This document shows, piece after piece, positions 38,093 to 47,380 of a stretch of 64,000 nucleotides of DNA. Under the pieces are notes generated by a model. It saw only the letters and a list, made by a program, of their open reading frames with translations. It was not told where the DNA came from and searched no databases. Source of the DNA: an uncultured Erysipelotrichaceae bacterium (GTDB lineage: Bacteria > Bacillota_I > Bacilli_A > RFN20 > CAG-826); the NCBI GenBank assembly GCA_900314585.1, contig OMVV01000002.1, forward strand, positions 14,681 through 78,680, in the 5' to 3' direction. Within the stretch, counting starts at the first letter, position 1. The number at the start of each line of letters is the position of its first letter. The translations under genes were made by a program, and so were the position numbers.

Positions 38093-39583
38093 ATGAAAAA
38101 GAAGTTATTTTTCATCTTCCCACTATTCGCACTCTTCATTACAGGGTGTGGTTTTGGTGGCACCAGAGTCATCAATTATAACAGTGATTCCCACGAGCAA
38201 ATTGACCCACTTCAACCAGATGAAGGTGATGGCTACAAAATGGTCAAAGATTTTGCTTTTAATTTACAAGATGTTAAGACCACAACCAACCAACATTGTT
38301 TGCCATCCAAAGGTGATCAATATTTATTGGTCGTGCCAGTTCAATTTAAAAATGGTGAACGTTGGACATCATCAAAACTTGATGTTATTCGCAAAGGCTT
38401 CTTTGGACAAGCCGCGGATACTTCATGGCAATCAGTTGGTTCATTCTACAATGCATCAAGCTATGGCAATTTAACAATTAGAGGTGAAGTCGCTAATACT
38501 TTAGCGATTGATGTGACTGTTGAAGAAGCATCAACCCACATTATTAACGATCAACCTTCACCAGACGATATTGCGATTTCATATTTCAATGCTTCAAGTG
38601 CATATAACAATCTTCGCAAACAATATGACAAGAACGAAGATGGTTTCATTGATTCAGTTGTTTTCATTTATTCGAATGCAATCAATTCAGACGCTGGATA
38701 TTGGGCGTGGGTGTATTGGAATTCCGAACGCGCGAGCGCCGAAAAACCAGTCATCAACTCATACCTCTGGATGTCATATTATTTCTTTACCGATTCAGAT
38801 TATGCTGGATATGGTAATGGAATTGATGCACACACCGCGATTCATGAAACTGGTCACTTATTAGGATTAGATGACTATTATCAATACGATAAAGACAATA
38901 AGTACGATCCTTCTGGAGCGATCGAGATGCATTCATATAACATCGGTGATGATAACATCTATTCTAAATTCGCTTTAGGATGGGTTAATCCATACTTTGT
39001 TTCGACGACAGGTTCAGTAAATCTTTCGCTTCGTACATCTGCCTATTATGGTGACGCTATCATTTTGAATGATACCTGGAACGGAAATTCGATGGATGAA
39101 TATATCATGATTGAATACTATTCACCATATGGAATGAACATGATGGATTCCCAAAATATCTATAAACCAAATGGTAAGAAAGCTAACAGGATGTATACTG
39201 TTAGTGGCTTTAGAATTTACCATATTGATTCTCGTATTATCGAGATGGAAACTCGTGGTAGTTTCAAACAATATGTTGATACAATCGGTCAAGGCTATTA
39301 TGCAGTAGGTGCATCAAATTCACCTTCCCGCAGCAGACTCCCTGGAAAAGATGCGATTGATTTTAAGTATGTTCATTTGTTAGAATCTAGTGGAGTAAAT
39401 ACATTTAAAAGTGGCGGAATCGCTACAAATGAGACGTTATTTAAGAATGGTTCTTCATTTGTTGCCTCGACTGAATTTTTCCCAAATGGTTCCAAATTTA
39501 ATGACGGAACAGAGGTCGGTTATAGGATTAGTGTCAACGAGTGTAATGATGAATTTGGCTCGTTAACCATTTCTAAAATCTAA
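38093..39583 (+). CDS. Lipoprotein zinc metallopeptidase (HExxH...; M6/InhA-like or related gluzincin)
   Basis: Lipobox LFALFITGC. Zinc-binding motif AIHETGHLLGLDDYY. 9 nt after the ABC pair, so cotranscribed. Confidence 0.6.
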   Translation: MKKKLFFIFPLFALFITGCGFGGTRVINYNSDSHEQIDPLQPDEGDGYKMVKDFAFNLQDVKTTTNQHCLPSKGDQYLLVVPVQFKNGERWTSSKLDVIRKGFFGQAADTSWQSVGSFYNASSYGNLTIRGEVANTLAIDVTVEEASTHIINDQPSPDDIAISYFNASSAYNNLRKQYDKNEDGFIDSVVFIYSNAINSDAGYWAWVYWNSERASAEKPVINSYLWMSYYFFTDSDYAGYGNGIDAHTAIHETGHLLGLDDYYQYDKDNKYDPSGAIEMHSYNIGDDNIYSKFALGWVNPYFVSTTGSVNLSLRTSAYYGDAIILNDTWNGNSMDEYIMIEYYSPYGMNMMDSQNIYKPNGKKANRMYTVSGFRIYHIDSRIIEMETRGSFKQYVDTIGQGYYAVGASNSPSRSRLPGKDAIDFKYVHLLESSGVNTFKSGGIATNETLFKNGSSFVASTEFFPNGSKFNDGTEVGYRISVNECNDEFGSLTISKI

Positions 39584-39614
39584 TTATTCACACTCTTTAT
39601 AGTGTTGAATATAT

Positions 39615-39629
39615 GTGAACTATGTTCAC
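39615..39629 (+). promoter_or_regulatory. Perfect inverted repeat GTGAACtatGTTCAC in the csp leader
   Basis: 6-3-6 palindrome located 14 nt upstream of the csp ATG. Not a canonical Cheo box, which has GAAC-N4-GTTC spacing. Confidence 0.3.
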
Positions 39630-39642
39630 AGGAAGGCCTTTT

Positions 39643-39843
39643 ATGAAGGGAAAAGTTATTCGTTTTAACAAGAATAAAGGTTTTGGCTTTATCAAATCTG
39701 AAGATGATAAAGACGTATTTTTCCATTATTCTGAACTAGTCATGGAAGGTTTCAAAGACATAGCTGTTGGTTCGGACGTTGAGTTCGATGTTGTAGAAAC
39801 CGATAAGGGACTACGTGCAAACAACGTAAAGAAAATATCTTAA
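39643..39843 (+). CDS. csp: Cold-shock protein (CspA family)
   Basis: MKGKVIRFNKNKGFGFI...DVFFHYS RNP motifs. AGGAAGG lies 6 nt upstream; the track ORF is 7 codons too long. Confidence 0.85.
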   Translation: MKGKVIRFNKNKGFGFIKSEDDKDVFFHYSELVMEGFKDIAVGSDVEFDVVETDKGLRANNVKKIS

Positions 39844-39867
39844 ATTTATTTAGCGTTGTTTACTCAA

Positions 39868-39894
39868 AGGAAGCCTTTTTAGGCTTTTTCTTTA
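39868..39894 (+). terminator. Terminator after csp
   Basis: AAGCCtttttAGGCTT followed by TTTTCTTT. Confidence 0.45.
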
Positions 39895-39942
39895 CTTTAG
39901 ATAATCGCTACTATAGAATAGTAAAACCTAAGGGAGGTTACT

Positions 39943-41049
39943 ATGTCTTTAAAAGCAGGAATTGTCGGTCTACCTAACGTTGGAAAATCAACCTTATTCA
40001 ACGCGATTACAAACTCGCATGTTGAAGCGGCTAATTACCCATTCGCGACCATCAACCCAAATACTGGTGTTGTCAATGTTCCTGATGAAAGACTCGATTT
40101 TTTAGCCGACCTTTTTAAACCAGAAAGAAAAATCAATGCGACCTTTGAGTTTTACGATATCGCTGGTTTAGTTCGTGGAGCATCCAAAGGTGAAGGCCTT
40201 GGCAATCAATTCTTAGGTCATATTCGTGAATGCGATGCGATTGTAGAAGTGGTTCGTTGCTTTGATTCTAGCGAAATCGTTCACGTTGAAGAATCAATCG
40301 ATCCAAAACGCGATATCGAGACGATCAATCTTGAACTCGTTATGGCGGACCTCGCCACTGTTGAAAAGCGAATTGCCGCAGTTAGCAATAAAGCTCGCGT
40401 TCAAAAAGATAAAGAATCCATCTACGAGATGTCTTTGCTAACGCCTTTACAAGAACTTCTTTCTAAAGGTGAACCTGCTCGTAAGATTTCCTTCAAAAAG
40501 GAAGACTTTGAATATGCGTTTAAGAATTATCATCTTTTAACTCTTAAACCAATCATTTATGTCGCGAATGTTTCTGGTGATGATTATATGGATTTAGATA
40601 ACTGCAAATATCTTTCCATTGTCAAAGAAATTGCTGATGCAGAAGGCTCACAAGTTATTCCTATATCCTGCGAAATTGAATATGAAATCTCAATGCTTCC
40701 AAAGGAAGAAAGAGTTGAATTTCTTCAATCATTAGGTGCGACTGAGTCAGGACTTGATAAAGTCACAAAAGCTGTTTATAAATTGTTAAATTTATCGACA
40801 TTCTTTACAGTTGGTAAAGATGAATGCCGCGCGTGGACATTCACAAATGGTATGCTTGCTCCTGAATGTGCAGGCATCATCCACAGCGACTTTGAAAAAG
40901 GTTTCATTAAAGCGGAAATCTATTCCTATGATGATATTCATGAATATAAATCCGAACTCGCTTTAAAAGAAGCAGGTAAACTTCGTATGGAAGGCAAAAC
41001 CTACGTGATGAAAGATGGGGACTGCGTCTTCTTCAGATTTAATATTTAG
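39943..41049 (+). CDS. ychF: Ribosome-binding ATPase YchF
   Basis: GIVGLPNVGKSTLFNA G1 motif plus a C-terminal TGS domain. GGGAGG lies upstream. Confidence 0.9.
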   Translation: MSLKAGIVGLPNVGKSTLFNAITNSHVEAANYPFATINPNTGVVNVPDERLDFLADLFKPERKINATFEFYDIAGLVRGASKGEGLGNQFLGHIRECDAIVEVVRCFDSSEIVHVEESIDPKRDIETINLELVMADLATVEKRIAAVSNKARVQKDKESIYEMSLLTPLQELLSKGEPARKISFKKEDFEYAFKNYHLLTLKPIIYVANVSGDDYMDLDNCKYLSIVKEIADAEGSQVIPISCEIEYEISMLPKEERVEFLQSLGATESGLDKVTKAVYKLLNLSTFFTVGKDECRAWTFTNGMLAPECAGIIHSDFEKGFIKAEIYSYDDIHEYKSELALKEAGKLRMEGKTYVMKDGDCVFFRFNI

Positions 41050-41059
41050 GAGATAGAGT

Positions 41060-41536
41060 ATGTATCGAATTGGTTTTAGTGAAGATATCCACCCAGTTAA
41101 AGAAGGTCGAAAACTCGTTTTAGCAGGTGTTGAGATTCCAAGTCCATTTGGTTTAGATGGTCATAGCGATGCAGATGTAGTGACTCATGCGGTTGCCGAA
41201 TCTATTTTAGGCGCGCTTGCACTTGGAGACTTAGGAACACATTTCCCAGATAACGATCCTAAATATAAAGGCATTTCTTCAATCCTTTTATTAAATAAGG
41301 TTGTCGAAATGATGAATGAAAAAGGCTACAAAGTTAATAATGTCGATGTTCAAGTTGCTTGCGCTTCTCCAAAACTTTCTCCTCACGTTTTAAAGATGAG
41401 AGAGTCCTTGGCGAAAGCTTTAGAAACATCTGTTGATAGTGTTTCCATCAAAGCGATGTCATTCAACAAAGTTGGAGCGATTGGAAAAGGCGAAGCGATT
41501 CGCGCTCAATCGGTCGTTTTACTCATCAATAAATAA
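41060..41536 (+). CDS. ispF: 2-C-methyl-D-erythritol 2,4-cyclodiphosphate synthase
   Basis: IGFSEDIHPV...GHSDADV motifs, 158 aa. Confidence 0.9.
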   Translation: MYRIGFSEDIHPVKEGRKLVLAGVEIPSPFGLDGHSDADVVTHAVAESILGALALGDLGTHFPDNDPKYKGISSILLLNKVVEMMNEKGYKVNNVDVQVACASPKLSPHVLKMRESLAKALETSVDSVSIKAMSFNKVGAIGKGEAIRAQSVVLLINK

Positions 41537-41575
41537 TGCTTGAACGCACACGAGTGTACACATATAATATTGCCA

Positions 41576-43198
41576 ATGAATATTGAAGAAACCCTGAAAA
41601 TTAAGATTATTGAAGCGTTTAAAAAGTTAGACGTTTCTTTAAGTCCAAGTGATGTTGTCATCGAGAATTCTCGATCACCAGAACATGGTGATTACGCGAC
41701 CAATGTTGCGATGAAATTTGCATCACGTTTACTCAAGAATCCTCGTGAATTAGCGACATTTATTGTCGATAATATCGACAAATCTTCTATCGATCATCTT
41801 GAAATTGCTGGTCCAGGATTCATCAATTTCTTCATGAAAAAAGACGCGATGAACGAAATCGTTAAACGCATCATTTCTGAAGGTGATAATTATGGTCGAG
41901 GCAAAGCCGGTAAGAAGATTAACGTTGAATTTGTTTCCGCAAACCCGACTGGCGATCTTCATTTAGGCCACGCTCGATGTGCAGCGGTGGGTGATTCAAT
42001 TTGTCGTCTATATGAATTTGCTGGTAATGAAGTTACTCGTGAGTTCTATGTCAATAACGCGGGTAACCAAATTAAGACTTTAGGTTTATCTTTAGATATT
42101 AGACTTCGCCAACTCCATGGTGAAAAAATCGAGCTTCCAGAAGATAGTTATCATGCCGGTGATATTATTGACATTGCAAAGCAATATGACAAAGAATTCG
42201 GTAAAGAATATGTTGTTAACGATCCAAAATGGTTAGCACATTTAACCGAATATGGCATGAAAGCCGAATTAAAGAAAATTGAAAAAGACTTAGAGCTCTT
42301 TAGAACTAAATTTGATATTTATTCATTTGAGACTGATGTTCGTAAGAACAATCACGTTGAAGATGTTTTAAAAAATAAATATGCGAAATATTCCTATGTT
42401 CAAGATGGAGCAACTTTTTTAAAAACCAGCGACTTTATCGATGATAAAGACCGCGCGGTTGTTAAATCAGACGGTTCCTTCACCTACTTGATGCCTGATA
42501 TCGCATATCACCTCATTAAACTTTCAAGAGGATACGATCAACTTATCGACGTTTTAGGCGCTGATCATCATGGTTATATCAACCGTATGAAATCTGCCTT
42601 AATGATGCAAGGTTATTCCAAAGATGTTTTGGAAGTTGAACTTGTTCAAGTTGTCCGATTAATCAAAGATGGTGAAGAAGTGAAGATGTCAAAACGAACT
42701 GGTAATGGCATCACATTACGTGAACTTTGCGAAGATGTTGGTGTTGATGCGGTTAGATACTTCTTTGTGTCTCGTGCGGCGTCAAGCCATCTCGATTTCG
42801 ATTTAAATCTCGCTAGCGAGCAATCATCCAATAACCCAGTTTATTACGCTCAATACGCTCATGCTCGTATTTGCAAGGTGCTTGAAAGCGCTAGTGACAT
42901 CAAAATCGATGTTAACGCTCCACTATTAAAAGAAAAGAAGGAAATGGATTTATTAAAACTATTAATCGATTTCCCGAAAGTTGTTGAGCAAAGTGCGCTT
43001 AAACGCGCTCCACACATGGTAGCAACGTACATTCAATCTTTAGCAGCCGCCATCCATGGCTTCTATAGCGAATGTCGTGTTATAGATCGTGACAATTTAG
43101 ATGTCACTTCTTCAAGACTTGCTTTAGCAAAAGCGAGCAAAATTGTTCTTAAAAACGCTTTAAATTTATTAGGAGTTGCAGCTCCAGAAAAAATGTAA
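41576..43198 (+). CDS. argS: Arginine--tRNA ligase
   Basis: Class I HIGH variant (PTGDLHLGHAR) and a KMSKR-like motif (MSKRTG). First ATG at 41576; the track extension begins on TTG. Confidence 0.9.
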   Translation: MNIEETLKIKIIEAFKKLDVSLSPSDVVIENSRSPEHGDYATNVAMKFASRLLKNPRELATFIVDNIDKSSIDHLEIAGPGFINFFMKKDAMNEIVKRIISEGDNYGRGKAGKKINVEFVSANPTGDLHLGHARCAAVGDSICRLYEFAGNEVTREFYVNNAGNQIKTLGLSLDIRLRQLHGEKIELPEDSYHAGDIIDIAKQYDKEFGKEYVVNDPKWLAHLTEYGMKAELKKIEKDLELFRTKFDIYSFETDVRKNNHVEDVLKNKYAKYSYVQDGATFLKTSDFIDDKDRAVVKSDGSFTYLMPDIAYHLIKLSRGYDQLIDVLGADHHGYINRMKSALMMQGYSKDVLEVELVQVVRLIKDGEEVKMSKRTGNGITLRELCEDVGVDAVRYFFVSRAASSHLDFDLNLASEQSSNNPVYYAQYAHARICKVLESASDIKIDVNAPLLKEKKEMDLLKLLIDFPKVVEQSALKRAPHMVATYIQSLAAAIHGFYSECRVIDRDNLDVTSSRLALAKASKIVLKNALNLLGVAAPEKM

Positions 43199-43213
43199 GG
43201 AAGGTATATAAAA

Positions 43214-43618
43214 ATGTCAAAATCTTTTATCGAATACGCTTATGATGTTATCTCTAGTAGCGACAAACCATTAGCCCTTAAAGATATTTTTGAAAAGGCC
43301 CTTGAATTAAGCGAGCTTAAATTAAGTGCGGCTGACCAAAAACTCAAAATGGCGAAACTTTATACTTCATTAACTGTTGATGGCAGATTCGTTCTTGTCG
43401 ATGGTAAATGGGATTTATCCGAACGTTATACATTCTCTCAAATTCACTCTTCAGATGTTGACTTTGATGATGAAGATGATGAGGCTGATGAAGAAGAAAA
43501 AGAATTGCTTCGTCAAGAACTTGGTGAAGAACAAGAAGACGATAATGAACCAGAATCCGATGATTTAGATTTTGATAAACCAACTGCAAACGCGGAAGAA
43601 AACGATGAGGATTTCTAA
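43214..43618 (+). CDS. rpoE: RNA polymerase delta subunit RpoE (HARE-HTH + acidic tail)
   Basis: N-terminal HARE-HTH-like domain. The C-terminal ~55 aa is almost entirely D/E. Architecture as in the Firmicutes delta factor. Confidence 0.7.
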   Translation: MSKSFIEYAYDVISSSDKPLALKDIFEKALELSELKLSAADQKLKMAKLYTSLTVDGRFVLVDGKWDLSERYTFSQIHSSDVDFDDEDDEADEEEKELLRQELGEEQEDDNEPESDDLDFDKPTANAEENDEDF

Positions 43619-43624
43619 TTAGAA

Positions 43625-44590
43625 ATGATTAAAAAAGAAATAAAAGAAATTTATAAGCTGATCAAAAAGTATGATGTTATAACCATCTATGGTCACATTA
43701 ATCCTGACCCAGATTGTTATTCTTCTTCTTTAGCCTTACGTGAACTTATTCGCGATAACTTTAAGAATAAAGAAGCATACGCTTTAGGATTTGGCAGTGA
43801 ACGTTTATATGACCGCTTAACTCGTTATGATGAAGTTAGTGATGATAAGATCAAAGAATCATTAGCGATTATTTGTGACTGCTCTGAAGTTGAACGTGTC
43901 AGCGAACAGCGTATTCGCTTAGCGAAACAAATCATCAAAATCGATCACCATATCGAATCCAAGCCATTCATTGGTGTCAAATGGGTTGATACCGATTCTA
44001 TCGCTTGTGCGCAGATGATCGCTGAATTCGCTCTAGCGTATAAACTTAAAATCTCCAAACTCACCGCGGAACTCATGTATTTAGGTATCTGCACTGATTC
44101 AGGCAGATTTAGATACGCACCAACAAACGCTAAGACTCATGCGATCGTTTCTAAACTATACAAATTAGGAATAGAACCAAAGTCAATCTTCGCAATTTTA
44201 TATCAATCTGAAGAAGCGTTTGTGAAATATCAAGCTTTGCTTGTCACTAAATTCAAAAAGACCAAACATAACGTCATTTATTGCTTTGCAGATGTTGACG
44301 ACTATCAAAAATATGGTCTTACATACGAACAAGTTTCCAAAAACGTTAACGTCTTAGGTAACGTTATTGGCTGCCCAATTTGGTGTTTGTTTACTCGTTC
44401 ACCAGAAGGACAAATTCGCATTGAATTTAGATCGACCGGCTTAGATGTCCAAAAAGTCGCTCTTAAATATGGTGGCGGTGGTCATAAACAAGCCGCTGGT
44501 GCTAGACTTGAAAATCAAAAAGATTTTAAGCTCTCTATGGAAGTTGTTAACGACCTCGACAAGTTAGCAGAAACAGGAAAGTTTGAATAA
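43625..44590 (+). CDS. nrnA: DHH-DHHA1 nanoRNase / pAp phosphatase NrnA
   Basis: DHH motif (KIDHH) and GGGH in DHHA1. 321 aa. Confidence 0.8.
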   Translation: MIKKEIKEIYKLIKKYDVITIYGHINPDPDCYSSSLALRELIRDNFKNKEAYALGFGSERLYDRLTRYDEVSDDKIKESLAIICDCSEVERVSEQRIRLAKQIIKIDHHIESKPFIGVKWVDTDSIACAQMIAEFALAYKLKISKLTAELMYLGICTDSGRFRYAPTNAKTHAIVSKLYKLGIEPKSIFAILYQSEEAFVKYQALLVTKFKKTKHNVIYCFADVDDYQKYGLTYEQVSKNVNVLGNVIGCPIWCLFTRSPEGQIRIEFRSTGLDVQKVALKYGGGGHKQAAGARLENQKDFKLSMEVVNDLDKLAETGKFE

Positions 44591-44591
44591 G

Positions 44592-45371
44592 ATGTTTGAA
44601 AAAGAACTCGAAGTCGCTCTTGAAGCTGCTATCAAAGTCGTACCAACAATTTTAGAAATATATAATTCCAATAATCTTGGAGTGGAAATAAAAGATGATA
44701 ATTCGCCTGTTACTAAGGCGGATAAAGCTGCGGATAAACTTATCCGTGAGCATCTTTCAAAATACTTTCCAAGCTATGCTTTATTAACTGAAGAGTCAGT
44801 TGATGATAAGTCTCGACTCGCTAATGATTATGTTTGGATTGTCGATCCAATCGATGGCACGAAAGAATATGTCGCTCATAGTGGTGAATTCACAGTCAAT
44901 ATCGGCTTAGCCTACAAACACGAACCGGTTTTAGGAGTAATTGTTATTCCTGTAACTGGTGAAGTTTACTATGCCTTAAAAGGCAAAGGTAGTTTTTACC
45001 AAAAAGACGGCAAAATTACAAAAATCCACGTCAATTCTCGCGTGAATGAGCTGACGACACTTGTGTCTCGCTTCCATTCTAATGATGATGAACAAGCGAT
45101 GATAAGAAAGCATTCCGACCGCATCAAACATCAACGTGTTGTTGGCGCATCTATCAAAGGATGCATCATTGCAAAAGGCGAAGCGGAGATGTCATATCGC
45201 TTCTCAAGCAACACCAAAGAATGGGACACTTGTGCGATGCAAGCTATCGTTGAACAAGCTGGTGGCTTAATTCTTAAATTTGATGGTGAACCAATTAGAT
45301 ATAACCGCGAAGATGTCTATAATCGTGGCGGCTATCTTATTTGCAATCGTAAAGAAAATTTTTTAATCTAA
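44592..45371 (+). CDS. Inositol-monophosphatase-family phosphatase (CysQ-like 3'(2'),5'-bisphosphate nucleotidase)
   Basis: WIVDPIDGT and an EE...D metal-binding motif. Start at ATG 44592; the track start is TTG. Confidence 0.7.
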   Translation: MFEKELEVALEAAIKVVPTILEIYNSNNLGVEIKDDNSPVTKADKAADKLIREHLSKYFPSYALLTEESVDDKSRLANDYVWIVDPIDGTKEYVAHSGEFTVNIGLAYKHEPVLGVIVIPVTGEVYYALKGKGSFYQKDGKITKIHVNSRVNELTTLVSRFHSNDDEQAMIRKHSDRIKHQRVVGASIKGCIIAKGEAEMSYRFSSNTKEWDTCAMQAIVEQAGGLILKFDGEPIRYNREDVYNRGGYLICNRKENFLI

Positions 45372-45389
45372 TAATAAGGAGACCTAAGT

Positions 45390-47024
45390 ATGAAACTTAA
45401 AAACTTTATTTGCATATTAGCGATTCCATTTTTAGTATCTTGTGGTAGCTCTGGCGCTAGTGGCGGCGGAGGTGGAGGCGGAGGTAGCTTTGACTATGAT
45501 CCACCAACCATCGATGTTGATTCAATCGCTGTTCCTCAGTTAAAGCGAGATACCTTAACCGGTGAAATTAAAGAAGATGATAACAAAGTTTATTTCGATT
45601 TTTACGAAGTAAGCGACTATCACGGCGCAGTCAATTATAGCACTGATGAAAAGACAATCGGTTTAGCCAAGATGGCTGATTACTTCTCTAAGAAAAGAGC
45701 CGAAAACCCAGGTGGTACGGTCGTTGTTTCTAGCGGCGATATGTTCCAAGGTAGTGCTGAATCCAATTTAACCCGCGGTTACTATGTTAACTATGGTATG
45801 AACATCATGGGTTATGAAGCGATGACGCTTGGTAACCATGAATTTGACTGGGGTCTAGATTGGCTAAGAAAGAATCATGCTTGCTCAATTGAAAACTATT
45901 CCATTCCATACTTAGGCGCGAACGTTTTTGATAAATCAACTGGCAAAATCCTTGATTTCTTACAAGCCTCAGTCGTCATTGAACGTGGCGATTATAAGAT
46001 CGGTGTTATTGGTACCCTTGGTGATGGCGCAAATTTATCCATCATGCCAAGTTTAGTTGAAGGCCTTGAATTTAAACAAGAAGCTCCAATCGTTAAAGAA
46101 GAAGCTAAACGTCTTAAAGAAGAAGTTGGTTGTGATATTGTTGTTTGGACATCACATCGTGGCGCAGAAGAACTCGTTCAATCTGGCGTTATGAAAGCGG
46201 ATGGCGTTGATATCGCCTTTGGTGGTCACACCCACGAAAACTCACCAGCCGAAGGTCAAAGCGCAATTTCAACCTCTGATGGTCTTAAATTCTTACAAAC
46301 TAAAAACTATGGCCGTGGCATTGCTCACGCGCAATTATCTATCGATAAAACAACTAAAGAAGTTAACGCCGAAATCGCTGAAGTCGATGCTAAACCATAT
46401 GAATATCCAGGTTTAGTTGATCATGCTGAAGTTAAAAAAGTTTGTGATACATACAATCAATACATCGATCCAATTAAGAGCCAAGTTATTGGTAGCGTTG
46501 ATGCTGAACTTGATATCTCTGAAACCTATTCATTAACTAACTACTGCGTTGATACAATGCAACTTGTTGCAAAACATTTCGCATCTGAAAATGGTGGCTA
46601 CGACGTTGTCGCTGCCTTCCATAACGCGAATGGTGGTGTTAGAGCTAAGCTTCCAGCTGGCGATATCACTTATGGTTCAATCTATAAATCATTCCCATTT
46701 GATAACGAAATTGTCTTAGTTAAGGCTAGTGCAAAGAAGATGAGAAGTTACATGTCCAAATCCCGTTCTTATGGTGTTTGGCATGATCTTAAGATTAAAG
46801 ATTTAAATAGCTACTTTGTCGATGGTGAATATTACTACTTTGCAACCACCGACTTTATGGCGACATCTAAATCATTCGCCTTTGAACTTAGTGAGGCTGA
46901 TTTAATTCGTACCGGTTACATCGTCCGTGATGCAATCGCAGGAAGAATTCTCAATCAAAAGACAATTAAAAAATCAAAATTCACCCGCACATCAAATCCA
47001 CAATTTGATCCGGTGACAAATTAA
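45390..47024 (+). CDS. Lipoprotein 5'-nucleotidase / 2',3'-cyclic phosphodiesterase (calcineurin-like metallophosphoesterase + 5'-nucleotidase C domain)
   Basis: Lipobox FLVSCGSSG followed by a GGGGGGGG flexible linker. Metallophosphoesterase motifs (GNHEFD). AAGGAG lies upstream. Confidence 0.8.
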   Translation: MKLKNFICILAIPFLVSCGSSGASGGGGGGGGSFDYDPPTIDVDSIAVPQLKRDTLTGEIKEDDNKVYFDFYEVSDYHGAVNYSTDEKTIGLAKMADYFSKKRAENPGGTVVVSSGDMFQGSAESNLTRGYYVNYGMNIMGYEAMTLGNHEFDWGLDWLRKNHACSIENYSIPYLGANVFDKSTGKILDFLQASVVIERGDYKIGVIGTLGDGANLSIMPSLVEGLEFKQEAPIVKEEAKRLKEEVGCDIVVWTSHRGAEELVQSGVMKADGVDIAFGGHTHENSPAEGQSAISTSDGLKFLQTKNYGRGIAHAQLSIDKTTKEVNAEIAEVDAKPYEYPGLVDHAEVKKVCDTYNQYIDPIKSQVIGSVDAELDISETYSLTNYCVDTMQLVAKHFASENGGYDVVAAFHNANGGVRAKLPAGDITYGSIYKSFPFDNEIVLVKASAKKMRSYMSKSRSYGVWHDLKIKDLNSYFVDGEYYYFATTDFMATSKSFAFELSEADLIRTGYIVRDAIAGRILNQKTIKKSKFTRTSNPQFDPVTN

Positions 47025-47044
47025 TAGTTCATTTGTAAATGAAA

Positions 47045-47078
47045 AGAAGCTGACTTACGCAGCTTCTTTTTCTTCTTT
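47045..47078. terminator. Bidirectional terminator, overlapping the 3' end of the minus-strand nfu-like gene
   Basis: AAGAAGCTGacttacgCAGCTTCTT perfect stem, followed by TTTTCTTCTTTC. Confidence 0.55.
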
Positions 47079-47318
47079 CTTTGGCATTTGAGATGCTAGT
47101 TTAACGTCGATGACGCCCGGCACCTCTTCCATTAGAATTATCTTAATTCCATCCGACAATGTTGAATCAATGAGCATGCAGTCTTGGCAAGCGCCCGCCA
47201 TATTGACGTAGACGATACCATCGATAAAATCGACATACTCAACATCCCCTCCATCGCGTTGGATGAAAGGTCTAATTTTATCGAGTGTTTTTTGAATTAA
47301 TTCAACTGTTTCGTTCAT
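47055..47318 (-). CDS. nfuA: NifU-like (Nfu) Fe-S cluster carrier domain protein
   Basis: Nfu CxxC motif (GACQDC). 87 aa. Confidence 0.7.
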   Translation of the reverse strand: MNETVELIQKTLDKIRPFIQRDGGDVEYVDFIDGIVYVNMAGACQDCMLIDSTLSDGIKIILMEEVPGVIDVKLASQMPKKEEKEAA

Positions 47319-47380
47319 AAAGCAATGAATATTATATTCACTTAATCTATTTAAATCAATAAATGTGATAATATTATTAC

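Noticed and set aside
41537-41575. Possible T-box leader upstream of argS, and a THF or glycine riboswitch upstream of fhs or glyA.
   Set aside because: The intergenic spaces (39 nt, 30 nt, ~90 nt) are too short and lack T-box or riboswitch core motifs. The glyA upstream region is accounted for by a promoter and the tRNA terminator.
47055-47078. The hairpin at 47045-47069 overlapping the last codons of the nfu-like ORF: possible frameshift or extended C-terminus.
   Set aside because: It is more simply a shared bidirectional terminator for the convergent 5'-nucleotidase and nfu genes. The nfu ORF merely reads through the stem before its stop.
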